Assembly (NCBI RefSeq): GCF_006345805.1
Contig: NC_043020.1
Location: 14,260,001 to 14,324,000 of the forward strand
DNA: 64,000 bases
Direction: 5' to 3'
From: Octopus sinensis
Lineage: Eukaryota
In this document: piece by piece, positions 24,194 through 36,403 of the stretch
How the letters are laid out: each line of letters opens with the position of its first letter
Numbering within the stretch: the first letter of the stretch is position 1
Notes under the pieces: generated by a model
Databases searched by the model: none
What the model saw: the letters and a program-made list of their open reading frames with translations, nothing else
What the model was told of the DNA's origin: nothing
Made by a program: the position numbers and the translations under genes

Positions 24194-24380
24194 ATAGAGG
24201 TTTTCCTTTAATACAAAAATTCGTACCAAATTACCGGAGTCATTCTTGTTGCTTATTTTCATTATAATCACCCCACGGATTTTTATGGATAACACCATAC
24301 AGAATTCTGGTGCATCTAAATTAAGTACCATATTCATTTGAATCTAAATTTTTGCTGAACTTATATATGTGTGTGTGTGT

Positions 24381-24652
24381 GGAAGCGCAATGGCCCAGTG
24401 GTTAGGGCAGCGGACTCGCAGTCGTAGGATCGCGGTTTCGATTTCCAGACCGGGCATTGTGATTGTTTATTGAACGGAAACACCTAAAACTCCATGAGGC
24501 TCCGGCAGGGGGTAGTGGCAATCCCTGCTGTACTCTTTCACCACAATTTTCTCTCACTCAGGGTGGCGTCATTTGAAGGCTAAAACAATACAAAGTGCAT
24601 TGTGACCAGCGATGTGTAGCAACATCTGATAGCCTGATCAGTCACGGGATGA
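24381..24652 (+). mobile_element. tRNA-Arg-headed SINE
   Basis: Head GCGCAATGGCCCAGTGGTTAGGGCAGCGGACTCGCAG...GGTTTCGATTTC with TCG at the anticodon position. Confidence 0.75.
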
Positions 24653-24764
24653 TATATATATATATATTATATATATATCTATAATATATTATTATATATC
24701 AAGCTTGTTACTATATACTGATGATCTTATCCTCTTTGCAGATTCTATATCAGAGCTAGAAAAT

Positions 24765-25850
24765 AAATTCCAGATGTGAAAGAGTAAAACCTGGAATCTA
24801 AGGGCCTTGTTGTTAATTTAGCAAAGGCTAAGGTGTTTGTAAGTAAGAAAACAGAGTGTCCCTGCTTGATTTGTAGTAAAGTTGTGGACAGAAATTCCAT
24901 AAGGTGTACCCAGTGTAAGCTTTAGACACGTAACAGGTGCAATAGAATAACGGGAAGGTTATCAGAGAAAGTAGTGTTCATGTGTGGAAGATGTGCAGAA
25001 GCTATAAAAACTACAGATGCTTGAGAAATTGATTCTCTGAAATGCCCCAGAGTCCCTTTACAGGTAATGGGTAATTTCTGCTACCTAGGGGATAAAATTA
25101 GTTATAGGGGGATGTACAGCGAATGTAATAGCTAGAATAAGAATAGGATGGAGAAAATTCAGAGAGTTTTTACCTCTGTTGGCACCTGTTGTGGCTGATG
25201 GTCAGATTGGATATCAAGCAATTGGTGACTGTAGAAAAGGTATAGACAGAGATGCTTGTTGTTCAACTCATAATATTTAGAAAAGGTGTGGGGAATATCT
25301 CTGTTGGTGGCAAGGAGATTCTATCTTTGAGTGAAAGATAGATTGCACAAGGCATGTGTATGGACTGTAATAATTGCAAGGTGCCAACCGCTGCCGACCG
25401 CTCATCCTGGCGCAGCGCAATCACCACAGGAGCAGGGACAGCGCGGGGGGAGGACGGATTCGGTCAGCAGAGCAGAAACGCCAGATGCGGAAAGCCAGAG
25501 CCGCCTGCACCAGTAGCATGGGCCCCTACCCACTTCTGCCCCACCTGTGGGAGGCTTCCTTCCGGATTGTGCCTGCCTCACCAGCCACCTCCGGTCTCAT
25601 AGCGGCAGTTCCACCAGATGATGTCAGTGGTCATCTTCAAACCCGAAGGACGAACATCATTATTATTAATACTTGCAAGGTAGTGAGACGTGGGCAATAA
25701 ACACAGATGAGGCATGAAGGATGGAAACACATGAAGCAAGCATGATTCATTGAATGAGTAATGTTATTGTGAATGAGCAGTGTGGTACGGATGAGGTGAG
25801 AAAGAAACTGGATATAAAAAGAATCAGATGTAGTATGCAAAAGAAAGAGG
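24765..25850 (+). mobile_element. Decayed RTE LINE ORF2 fragment, interrupted
   Basis: GLVVNLAKAKV, a Cys-rich insert, FCYLGDKI, RIRIGWRKFREFLPLL, and further on LQGSETW; many stops. Confidence 0.75.
25383..25666 (+). mobile_element. RTE/BovB-like LINE 3' end with TSD
   Basis: ADRSSWRSAIT...HFCPTCGR...LTSHLRSH, end GTCATCTTCAAACCCGAAGGACGAAC, TSD TAATA(A/C)TTGCAAGGT at 25368-25382 and 25667-25681. Confidence 0.85.
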
Positions 25851-25857
25851 ACTGCAT

Positions 25858-26250
25858 TACTCTTTACTCTTTTACTTGTTTCAGTCATGTGACTGTGGCC
25901 ATGCTGGAGCACCGCCTTTAGTCGATCAAATCGACCCCAGGACTTATTCTTTGTAAGTCTAGTACTTATTTTATCGGTCTAAGTTACGGGGACGTAAGCA
26001 CACCAGCATCGGTTGTCAAGCAATGTTGGGGGAACAAACACAGACACACAAACACGTACATACATACATATATATATATACATATATACGACGGGCTTCT
26101 TACAGTTTCCGTCTACCAAATCCACTCACAAGGCTTTGGTCGGCCCGTGGCTATAGTAGAAGACACTTACCCAAGGTGCCACACAGTGGGACTGAACCCG
26201 GAACCATGTGGTTCGTAAGCAAGCTACTTACCAAACAGCCACTCCTATGT
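25858..26250 (-). mobile_element. SINE family A
   Basis: Reverse-complement copy with a small internal deletion. Confidence 0.85.
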
Positions 26251-26356
26251 GTGTGGATGACAGACAGTTAAGTAAAGAAGCACTAGGAGATACATGTGTA
26301 AAGAACCAGTGAGAGAAGAAGACCCAAGGAAGATGCGGTCAGAAATAGTGAAAGTC

Positions 26357-26772
26357 GGCAAGCTGGCAGAATCGTTAATACGCCGGGCGAAATACTTAGC
26401 GGTATCTCGTCTGCCATTACATTCTGAGTTCAAATTCCGCCGAGGTCAACTTTGCCTTTCATCCTTCCAGGGTTGATTAAATAAGTACCAGTTACACACT
26501 GGGTCGATACAATCAACTTAATCCATTTGTCTGTCCTTGTTTGGCCCATCTGTGTGTAGCCCCTTGTGGTTAGTAAAGAAATAGGTATTTTGTCTACCAT
26601 TACATTCTGAGTTCAAATTTCACTGAGGTTGATTTTGCCTTTCATCTTAGCGAGGTCGATAAATTAAGTACCAGTTACGCACTGGGATCAATGTAATCTA
26701 ATCGACTCAATCCCTTTCTCTGTCCTTGTTTGTCCCCTCTATGTTTAGCCCCTTGTGGGCAATAAAGAAATA
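26357..26772 (+). mobile_element. SINE family C dimer with 16-bp TSD
   Basis: TSD AGAAATAGTGAAAGTC at 26341-26356 and 26773-26788. Confidence 0.85.
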
Positions 26773-27070
26773 AGAAATAGTGAAAGTCAATCTCAGGATG
26801 CTTAACCTCAGAAAGGAGATAACAAAGGATAACAAGTGGGGGGACATGCATTGGAGCTGATTTGTCCAACTCATGTAAGCAAGGACACAAAATGAGATGC
26901 CATTGGTGTGAAGCCATAATGGGATACAGTTTTCAGGGTTTTTAATGCTACTGTACTGACCCCTGTATTTTTCTCAGTTAGGTGCTTAATTTTATTCATA
27001 TCTATTTATGAAGTGATTAACCCTTTCATTACCGTATTTATTTTGAGATGCTCTGTGTTTCTTTCAATTA

Positions 27071-27447
27071 AGGAGTGGCTGTGTGGTAAGTAGCTTGCTA
27101 ACCAACCACATGGTTGCGGGTTCAGTCCCACTGCGTGGCATCTTGGGCAAGTGTCTTCTGCTATAGCCCCGGGCCGACCAATGCCTTGTGAGTGGATTTG
27201 GTAGACGGAAACTGAAAGAAGCCTGTCGTATATATATATGTATGTATGTGTGTGTGTTTGTCCCCCTAGCATTGCTTGACAACCGATGCTGGTGTGTTTA
27301 CGTCCCCGTCACTTAGCGGTTCGGCAAAAGAGACCGATAGAATAAGTACTGGGCTTACAAAGAATAAGTCCCGGGGTCGATTTGCTCGACTAAAGGCGGT
27401 GCTCCAGCATGGCCGCAGTCAAATGACTGAGACAAGTAAAAGAGAGA
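27071..27447 (+). mobile_element. SINE family A adjoining a truncated piggyBac-type MITE end
   Basis: Preceded by TTAA|CCCTTT MITE start at 27021-27070, related to 38957-39178. Confidence 0.8.
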
Positions 27448-27634
27448 GTAGTGTTGGTAAAGAAGTAGAGTACAAAGAGAATATAAAACTAAATAGATTG
27501 AAAATAAAAGATAAATAACAAGCAATGTACAACCTAAGTATAGACACACACATACACACATTCGCCCATAAACATACACAGACACACATAGTCACATACA
27601 TATACACACATATATAAACATAAAAATACTCATA

Positions 27635-27936
27635 TCTTTATATGAAGTTGTGTGTGTGAGTGTCTGTCTACTCCGATTTAGATTCCTAACTACTCTCACA
27701 TTTTGCGGTGCAGTTTAACCAAAAACAGGTATCTTATAGTCGTGATTCATATCAAGCCCTTCTGGGTATTAGCACGTGTCTACAATGAGTTTATGATTTA
27801 AAAAAAAAATTTACCATTATTTTTCCGCATTTTTAATGCATGTTTTGCTCGATTTATATAAGGGAAATAACTCTCTAAAAATACTTATATAGTTATATCC
27901 CTCACAAACCTGAGCAACGCCGGGCGATACTGCTAG
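27635..27936 (+). mobile_element. Non-autonomous Helitron
   Basis: A|TC start, same body as 6919-7307, hairpin plus CTAG|T end. Confidence 0.8.
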
Positions 27937-28012
27937 TATATATATATGATAGATCGTTAGCTCCTACACGCATTTTTTTCTCTCCTTGTTTCTCTCCTTT
28001 TTTTTCTGTGTA

Positions 28013-28050
28013 TCTTTCTGTCGAAGAGCGTAGGCTCAAAACATAAAAGA
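28013..28050 (+). ncRNA. Decayed minimal hammerhead-like motif (CUGUCGA core)
   Basis: TCTTT-CTGTCGA-A-GAGC-GTAG-GCTC-AAAAC-ATA-AAAGA; related to 1400-1437. Confidence 0.4.
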
Positions 28051-28715
28051 CTTGTTCTATTTCTATTCCTGAGCGCCATACTAATACATTTGTTTGCTTG
28101 TAATCCACCTGCCTTCGTCTTTTGTTTATTTTCGTAAACATTCCTGTTATATATATATATATAATATATCACCGTGACCACCAGGCTATCAGATGTTGCT
28201 ACACATTGCTGGTCTCAATGTGCTTCGCATTGTTTTAGCCTTCAAATGACACCACCCTGCTGGCTAAGCGAGCAGGCCAACCGCATAAACATCCAGGATT
28301 GCTTGAATATTTATGCTGTGAACACACTACTTATATTTTGCTGTAATACTGCCTGGATTTACCTTGGATTTTACCTAAGGACATATGGACTAACACCCAT
28401 ACCCTCTGAAAAATGAACTGTGAACTTTATTTCCTTATGCTATGCCCTTCTATTTCATTGCGAATTCTCCACTGTAACTGGCTTTCGTGCTAGTGGCATG
28501 TAAAAAAATTTCTCACAAAGATATATGTGTCTAAAATAGTATTGTATTAACTATATATGTAAATATATGAAACAACAGTTTAAAACTTTGTTAATTAATA
28601 CATCTTACGATTGTTTCACAAAAGTATTATCGTTATAATGGAATCCATTGTTGATACACATTGATAAACAATACTTCCGCGTGTCAGAGATTGATAAGAT
28701 AAAGTTTATATAATA

Positions 28716-29361
28716 CTAGCAGTATCGCCCGGCGTTGCTCGGGTTTGTAAGGGAAATAACTATATAAGCATTTTTAGAGAGTTATAGCCAAAAAATAGCA
28801 AAAAATGCATTAAAATGGAAAAAAATATGATGGTAAAATTTTTTAAAAATCGTTGACTCATCGTAGACATTTTTAGAGAGTTACTTCCCTTATATAATAG
28901 CGAAAAAATGCATTAAAATGGATGGAAAAAAAAACGATGGTAAATTTTTTTTGAAATCGTAGACTCATGTAGACGCTTTCTTAGCCATTTCTGTTTTGGT
29001 GTCTTCAAGCTATGAAGTCGTTGTTCTAAAAGAACGCTGGTCTCCTTGACAACGCATTACGACGTTGATTTCCTTACACTCCCTTCCCCACAGGTGCAGG
29101 TGTGAGCGTGGACGCCAACTCCGCCGCCATCGACACACGAAAAATTATGCATTAAAATGGAATAAAAAATTATGTTAAATTATTTTTAAAATCGTAGACT
29201 CATCGTAGACGCGCGCTAATACAGGCTAATACGGGCTCGATATGAATCACGACTATAAGCTACCCGAATTTGGTTAAACTGCACCGCAAAATGTGGGAGT
29301 AGTTAGGAATCTAAATCGAAGGGGACAGACACTCACACAACTACAGTTTTATATATATAGA
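28716..29361 (-). mobile_element. Non-autonomous Helitron, long variant
   Basis: Minus A|TCTATATATATAAAAC start and CCCGAGCAACGCCGGGCGATACTGCTAG|T end; internal repeated blocks and a ~170-bp extra segment. Confidence 0.85.
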
Positions 29362-29965
29362 TATACATAGCGCAGTAGTGGTGAGATGTGACAGGAAAGA
29401 AAAGCATACATTCACTCTCTGCATGCAATTAGACTCGGAAAGTTCGTGAGGAACCCATTGACCCAATTTGCTGACTTTTCCGATAGCACACAGGTTCAAT
29501 GAATGGTTGAATGACCAATCCAAGCTTCTCTGCCAGTTCCTCAACAGTTACGATGAGATTTTGTTCCACCAGGGTTTTCAGGATGTCCTTGTCGAGTTCT
29601 ACAGATCTTTCAGGATGAGGCTCGTCTTCTAGGCTGTAGTTTATGGCTCGGAATTTCTGGAACCACCATTGACACTGCCTTACGCTTATTGTCCAATCCC
29701 CATATACTGCATTAATATTTCTTGTACTTTCCGTTGCGTTGTTGTCTTTATTGAACTCATAAAGCAAAATATGCCAAATATGCCCCTTTGTTACTTCCAA
29801 TATAGCTTTGAAAAAAATAGCTGTTAAAATCGAAATGCACTCTTCAAAACTTGCACTATGAATAAGGACAAGATAAAATTACTACCTGCTTTTATAGCAA
29901 GTTAATATAAGTAGTTTATCCCATTCCCCTCTGACTTTTAGTTCAAGCTGTTGAAAAAACCGCAT
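29362..29965 (-). mobile_element. 5' half of a mariner (Hsmar1/Mos1-like), decayed
   Basis: MEVTKGHIWHILLYEF...QWWFQKF...LAEKLG (29429-29800) then KLGQWVPHEL after a frameshift; TIR remnant TAATGCGGTTTTTT. Confidence 0.85.
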
Positions 29966-30555
29966 TATTATATATATATACATACATACATACATACATA
30001 CATATACACACACACTCTCTCTCTCACACACATGCACACATTATATTCTGTTATTCTTTTATATGTTTCAGCCTTGAGGTTGTGGCCATGCTGGATCATG
30101 TGTGTGTGTGTGTGTCTATTTGTCTGTCTGTCTGTATGTATATATGTATATGTATGTGTGTGAACAATAATATTTTCAACAGATGTGTTGCAATGTGATC
30201 TGATTGTTCTCAAGCTTCAATAGTGTGTGTATGTGTGTGTGTTGTGTGTGTGTGTATGTATGTATGTATATGTATGTATGTATGTATGTGTGTATGTATG
30301 TATGTGTGTATGTATGTATGTGTGTGTGGGTGTGTATGTATGTATGTATGTATGTATGTATATATGTATGTATGAGTGTATGTTTACTTTATTACTAACA
30401 CAAGCCACTACGGTTATTTAATGTAAAGTCTTCCTCAAATCACTCTCTCAAGCTATTTACTCTCTTCCAAGAACATTTTCACTCACTCTCTCTGTTAGCT
30501 TCCATACATTTTACTCATGTATCTATCAGCGTGATAGACAGAACAAATATTACAT

Positions 30556-30828
30556 CTAGTTTTCATTTATTCGTTGCCCACACTGTGTGTGTGCGTTTGC
30601 GTGTGCTGTAAACCAGACTAAGAAAAGCATTTGACACACACACCAGAATGTGAGTTTTCTGTAAATTTTGCTTAATTGGAGTTTAAATTTTAAAAACTGG
30701 ACCTGGCATGACGCGATGCATTGTACTCTTAAAAATGCTAGGTAAATTGTAATTGAAGAAATCCTATATTGTAGATTTGTATAACTCCCAAAGGGAGGCA
30801 GATAAAATCTGCCTTTTATAATAAGAGA
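30556..30828 (-). mobile_element. Possible non-autonomous Helitron
   Basis: Minus A|TCTCTTATTATAAAAGG start and a CTAG with an upstream weak hairpin; the 3' flank is A rather than T. Confidence 0.35.
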
Positions 30829-31226
30829 TATCGAATGTTGATTTAAAATCCAAAAAATATATGAAAAAGTATTTTTGAAAAATAGATTAAAATTTACTGG
30901 TTTTGATTCAAGCAGGTAGACTTTGGTAAGAAAATTTTAAAGTTTGTATATATTTATCCTTGATAAATTTATCTCGGTAATCCATGACAATTATGTGTAA
31001 GCTATTTCTTGATTTCCCACAAGGGGACAGTACAGCCTGGCTGGGGTCAGACACATACGGATGGTTATAAGATTTTAAAATGCACAAAAATGATAATCGT
31101 ATGATAGACAAAAGACAATCACAAAACAATAAAAGACAAAAAAATGAGGTATTAAAACAGGTTAGTGCTCCATCTCCATGAGCCCTGTTTCTCTATTGAC
31201 ACCTTCTGGTAACCTTTATAGTGTGT

Positions 31227-31790
31227 TCACGCAGAGTCTTTCATACCCAACATTCGTGCTACATGTACCCATCTATCTTTATACATTCTCGCTGACAGGC
31301 ACCTCCTCTCTAGCCCCACTTTCCTTTTCAGATGAAAGGTGAAGGCCTTCACCAATGTGAGGCCGGAGACAAAGCTACCTATCATTACTCCTTTCACTCT
31401 TGACTTACAAATCACCTATTTCACGATTGCTACTACCATGAGAAAACAATTCGTACCTTCTTCCGTAAGGAAATCTGGTGGGTCAATTTTTAAAAGTGAC
31501 TCAAACGATAGCTGTACTCTCCTCACATCTGACAACAGGTGTTCTGCATAAGCCCATACTTCTGACACACCCGGACACTGAACAATAGTGTGCAGGACGG
31601 TTTCATCGTCCCGGTCGTATCTTGGACAGGCTGATGGGCCAGGATGACCGTGTCTAGTGAGCCTATCCCGAACTTGTAGGGCTCCTTGGTAACACTACCA
31701 GGCCAGAGACTTTTGGAAATTATCCAGTGTCTTTGGCCCAAATATTCTTCAGAACAGACTGTCCAACTGATTATCATCAATGTGTGTATG
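31227..31790 (-). mobile_element. Tx1/L1-clade LINE ORF2 C-terminal fragment
   Basis: ...SACPRYDRDDETVLHTIVQCPGVSEVW... (decayed CCHC, zf-RVT-like) continuing to ...RWVHVARML; in-frame stops. Confidence 0.7.
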
Positions 31791-32047
31791 TATATATATA
31801 TATATATATATAATATGTGTGTGTGTGTGTGGTGTATGTGTATGTGTGTGTGTGTATATATATGTATATATATGTATTTATGTGTATATATATATGTATA
31901 TATAAATATATGTATTTATGTGTATATATGTATATACATGTATCTATACATATGTATGTATATATATGTATATATATATTATATATATAATATATATATA
32001 TATATGTATGTATATATAAATGTATATATATGTATGTATATATATAT

Positions 32048-33198
32048 ATATGTTAATAAAATAGAACATATGCATATATATAAACATATATGTACGTACC
32101 TACCTCTACATGTACATATACACGCATATATGTGTACAGGACACCAAAAAGACGTCGAACACATAGAGAGACGAAAAACATAGACACAAACCAAGGAACA
32201 AGACAAGCAAAAAAAGAGACAGGACAATAAGCACAACGAAAAATCCCCTTCTTCAGTCGCTAAGGTTTCATCTACTCTACGTTCGAAGGATTAAAGCGAG
32301 ACGTATACTTCGAAGAAACTTCCTTCCTGCGAAAAGCAAATCAATTAAAATCCTGAGATCTTTTCGCAGAGGGGTAAAAAAAGCAAGACGGTAACGACAG
32401 TACAAACATATAAACAGTAAAAAATATATATATAAACAGTGGAAAATAAAATATAAACAGTGAGAGACAGGACAAGGAGAACAAGATAAGAAGGGCTGTT
32501 AACGCCAGACGAAAAAAGTATTGCAAACACTGGATATAGTGGACGACGAGAGAGAAAGAATGTCGACCAGTAGCCTTAGAAGGCAGGGAGAAAAAAGACA
32601 GGATAGCAGTTACGACGGAAGTATCGTCGCAGATGGACGACGGGAAAGGGGGAGGAGGAGCAAGAGGAAGAGAGAGAAGAAGGGGAATGGTGCGAGGAGA
32701 CCATGAAGAACGGTGAGGGGGAGAGAGAGAAGAGAGAGAGACAAGTTAAGTGAGGGAAAAAAGACGAAAAAGGGAATGGGAGAGAAAGAAAGAAAGATGC
32801 AGAGTCGCGTGAGAGTTAATATCAAAGGCTAACTTGAAACAGAACAATCTTACTTAATAGGGTGCGCGTTTAGTCGTATAATATGTTAATAAAATAGAAC
32901 ATATGCTATATATAAACATATATGTACGTACCTACCTCTATATGTACATATACACGCATATATGTGTACAGGACACCAAAAAGACGTCGAACACATAGAG
33001 AGACGAAAAACATAGACACAAACCAAGGAACAAGACAAGCAAAAAAAGAGATACAGGACAATAAGCACAACGAAAAATCCCCTTCTTCAGTCGCTAAGGT
33101 TTCATCTACTCTACGTTTCGAAGGATAAAAGCGAGACGTATACTTCGAAGAAACTTCCTTCCTGCGAAAAGCAAATCAATTAAAATTCTGAGATCTTT
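32048..33198. repeat. Pair of ~316-bp direct repeats flanking a ~517-bp purine-rich spacer
   Basis: 32048-32363 and 32881-33198 are near-identical. Confidence 0.85.
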
Positions 33199-33306
33199 AA
33201 AAATTCAGGGTGAGTACTTGATAATTGTAAGCACCTGTATATACTGTTAGGTGGTGTAGGTGGTGGAGTAAATTAATCAAAATAAAAACATGATGCCAAG
33301 GATTCA

Positions 33307-33384
33307 GCGGTACATATGTTTCGGACCTTTATTAGACGGATTTATAACAATGCATAATGTGTGTCTATGGCCTTCTTCAGCCGC
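33307..33384 (-). ncRNA. Type I hammerhead ribozyme motif with long stem-loop II
   Basis: Minus: GCGG-CTGAAGA-AGGCC-ATAGAC...GTCTA..-GGTCC-GAAAC-ATAT-GTA-CCGC; stem I is perfect and stem III is the palindrome ACATATGT. Confidence 0.75.
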
Positions 33385-34220
33385 GCACAATTACTGCCTC
33401 AAGGACATGTATTACATCAAAAATTCTACATTGGGGATGCAAATCCTCTCAGTCGCGTACGACATAATGCGGTACCAGCACAAAAATGAAGCGTCCATCC
33501 CGTCCTTCTCTCAATGTAGAATGAGGAAGTTTGGGTGTTGAGGTAATATAAATAAATGAATACATAAATAAATAAATAAATAAATGAATAAATAAATATA
33601 TAAATACACACAGCCGTGAAGGAACCTGGTAATAAGAGTAAATAGGGATAAAGATAGAGGGGCGAGAATTAAGGACGAAAGATAAAAAAATATAAAAATA
33701 TAAAAGATAAAAGAATATAAATATAGAAATATGAAATATAAAAATATAAAGAAGTGTAAAAAAAAGTATAAATGAATATAAAGATGTAAAAAAAGATATA
33801 AAAAAATATAAAAAAGTATCAAAAATATAAAAGGATATAAGAATATAAAAGTATAAAAGAATATAAGGATAAGGGATATAAAGTTGTTACGGACTAACAT
33901 GGTGGTCAGGGAGATGATATATTCTGGTTGTAGAAGCCTAAGCAGTGGGTGTCCTTTTATTTTTTCATTTTTTTATATTTTTTTATTATATTTTTTTATA
34001 TTTTATATTTTTTAAATATTTTTTATATATATCTATACATATGTGTGTGTGTGTCTGTGTATGTATATGTATGTGTGTACGAATATATAGACACAGATAT
34101 ATGTGTGCTTGTGGATGTGTGTGTGTGGGTCCATGTGTATGTATATATGCGTGTATGTATATGGGCATGTGTGTGTATGTATGCACACATATGTATGCGT
34201 GTGTGTGTATGTGTATCTGT

Positions 34221-34280
<60 letters not shown>

Positions 34281-34616
34281 GTGTGTATGTGTGTGTTATA
34301 TATATATGTATATATATATACTCTGTTATACTTTCTTACCCGCGATTTCTTTCATGTCTACCTTTTGTACCCACTATAATTCCGTATCTTGCCCGTGTGC
34401 GAGAATGGATCTACTTGTTAAACCTATGTCTGTGCATATGCATATTTTTATGTATATGCATAGGGACCTACTCCCCCATGTGTGTGGGTGTGAGCATGAG
34501 TGTGGGTGTATGCACTTTTTTGCCCATATGCATAGAGATTCACTTCGTCTTGTGAATGCGTGTAAGTGCGAGTGTGTCTGTATGTGCGCATGTGCGTGTA
34601 TGTATATATGTACGTA

Positions 34617-34694
34617 TGCGCTGAAGAAGGCCATAGACACACATTATGCATTGTTATAAATCCGTCTAATAAAGGCCCGAAACATATGTACCGC
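34617..34694 (+). ncRNA. Type I hammerhead motif, stem I damaged
   Basis: TGCG-CTGAAGA-AGGCC...GGCCC-GAAAC-ATAT-GTA-CCGC; inverted relative to 33307-33384. Confidence 0.6.
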
Positions 34695-35032
34695 TGAATC
34701 CTTGGCATCATGTTTTTATTTTGATTAATTAATATACATAAAAGTAAATAAATGGTACAACGAAGCACCGGTATTACGGTGCTCGTTTGTACATTTATTT
34801 ACTTTTATGTATAATTTTACCCTCACGGGCTATTCTTTACTGGAAAGCAATACTTGTATTGCATTACTATTTTCATATATATATTATATAAAAAACTAAT
34901 ACATCTGTCTGTTGTCTACACCACCTGTCTTCATCTTTTGTTTTTTTGTGAATTCTCCCTATGTATATATGTGTATATATATGTGTATATATATATATGT
35001 ATGTATATATATGTATATATATATATATATAT

Positions 35033-35082
<50 letters not shown>

Positions 35083-35585
35083 TATACCGGAGTAAACACA
35101 TAAATGTGAAACAAGGTGGGAAAAAAGAGTACTCAAATACCAGTGGTAGTATATATGCTTTATTTTAAGCAGCAGAAAATTCAACAAAATTCAACAGATT
35201 TTGTGAATTTTTCTGCTGCTTAAAATAAAGTTATATATATATATATATTATATTATATATATAATATATGTGTGTGTGTGTGTGTGTTGTATGTATATAT
35301 TCTATATACTTTGTTTTGGGATTTGGTTTGCAAGATTCTTTATGTGAGTTTGTGTGTTGAAGCATATTTTGTTGTGTCTGGGAAGAGTCATTCTCTTTTA
35401 GTGCCTTATTATTTAAGACACTCACCAGTAAAGTTTCCACACTTATTTACTTATTTATTTTTTCCTAAAATTTTCGATAGCTTCTTCCAACTTTTTCAAT
35501 ACTTGTTGACTCTGTCCGTCATCCGAGCTGCATTTTTTTGTTTGTTTCTGTGCATTTGTGTGGGTCAGTGTGTGTGCACGTACAC

Positions 35586-36270
35586 ATGTATGTATGTATG
35601 TATGTATGTATTTATGTATGTATTTATGTATGTATGTATTTATGTATGTATGTATGTATTTATGTATGTATGCATGTATGTATTTATGTATGTATGTATG
35701 TATTTATGTATTTATGTATGTATGTATGTATGTATGTATGTATGTATTTATGTATGTATGTATGTATGTATTTATTTATGTATGTATGTATGTATGTATG
35801 TATGTATGTATTTATGTATGTATGTATGTATTTATGTACGTATGTATGCATTTATGTATGTATGTATGTATTTATGTATGTATGTATGTATGTATGTATT
35901 TATGTATGTATGTATTTATGTATGTATGTATGTATTTATGTATGTATGTATGTATGTATGTATGTATTTATGTATTTATGTATGTATGTATGTATTTATG
36001 TATGTATGTATTATGTATGTATGGTGTATTTAATGTATTTATGTTGTATGTATTTATGTATGTATGTATGTATGTATGTATGTATTTATGTATTTATGTA
36101 TGTAATGTATGTTATTTATGTAACGTATGTATGTATTTATGTATGTATGTATTTATGTATGTATGTATGTATGTATGTATTTATGTATGTATGTATGTAT
36201 GTATGTATTTATGTATGTATGTATGTATGTATGTATGTATGTATTTATGTAGGTATGTTTTTATGTATGT
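35586..36270. repeat. (TATG)n microsatellite with TATT variants
   Basis: ~690 bp tetranucleotide tract; explains the MYVC-repeat ORFs. Confidence 0.95.
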
Positions 36271-36403
36271 AAGTGCGTGTATGCATGTGTGTGTGTACCT
36301 CCATCTCCTTGTGTGTGTATCTCTGGGTGTGTCTGTATATGTGTCCTTGTGTGGGTGTATATGGTCATGTCTTTCAGTCTTCATTTGCATATGCATGTGT
36401 ATA

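Noticed and set aside
24381-24460. tRNA-Arg gene
   Set aside because: No complete acceptor stem; it continues into a SINE body. The same applies to the heads at 38227, 53507 and family A.
33070-33140. Hammerhead in the direct repeats (GAAACGTA ... CTGAAGA, minus strand)
   Set aside because: No stem I can be formed in either topology.
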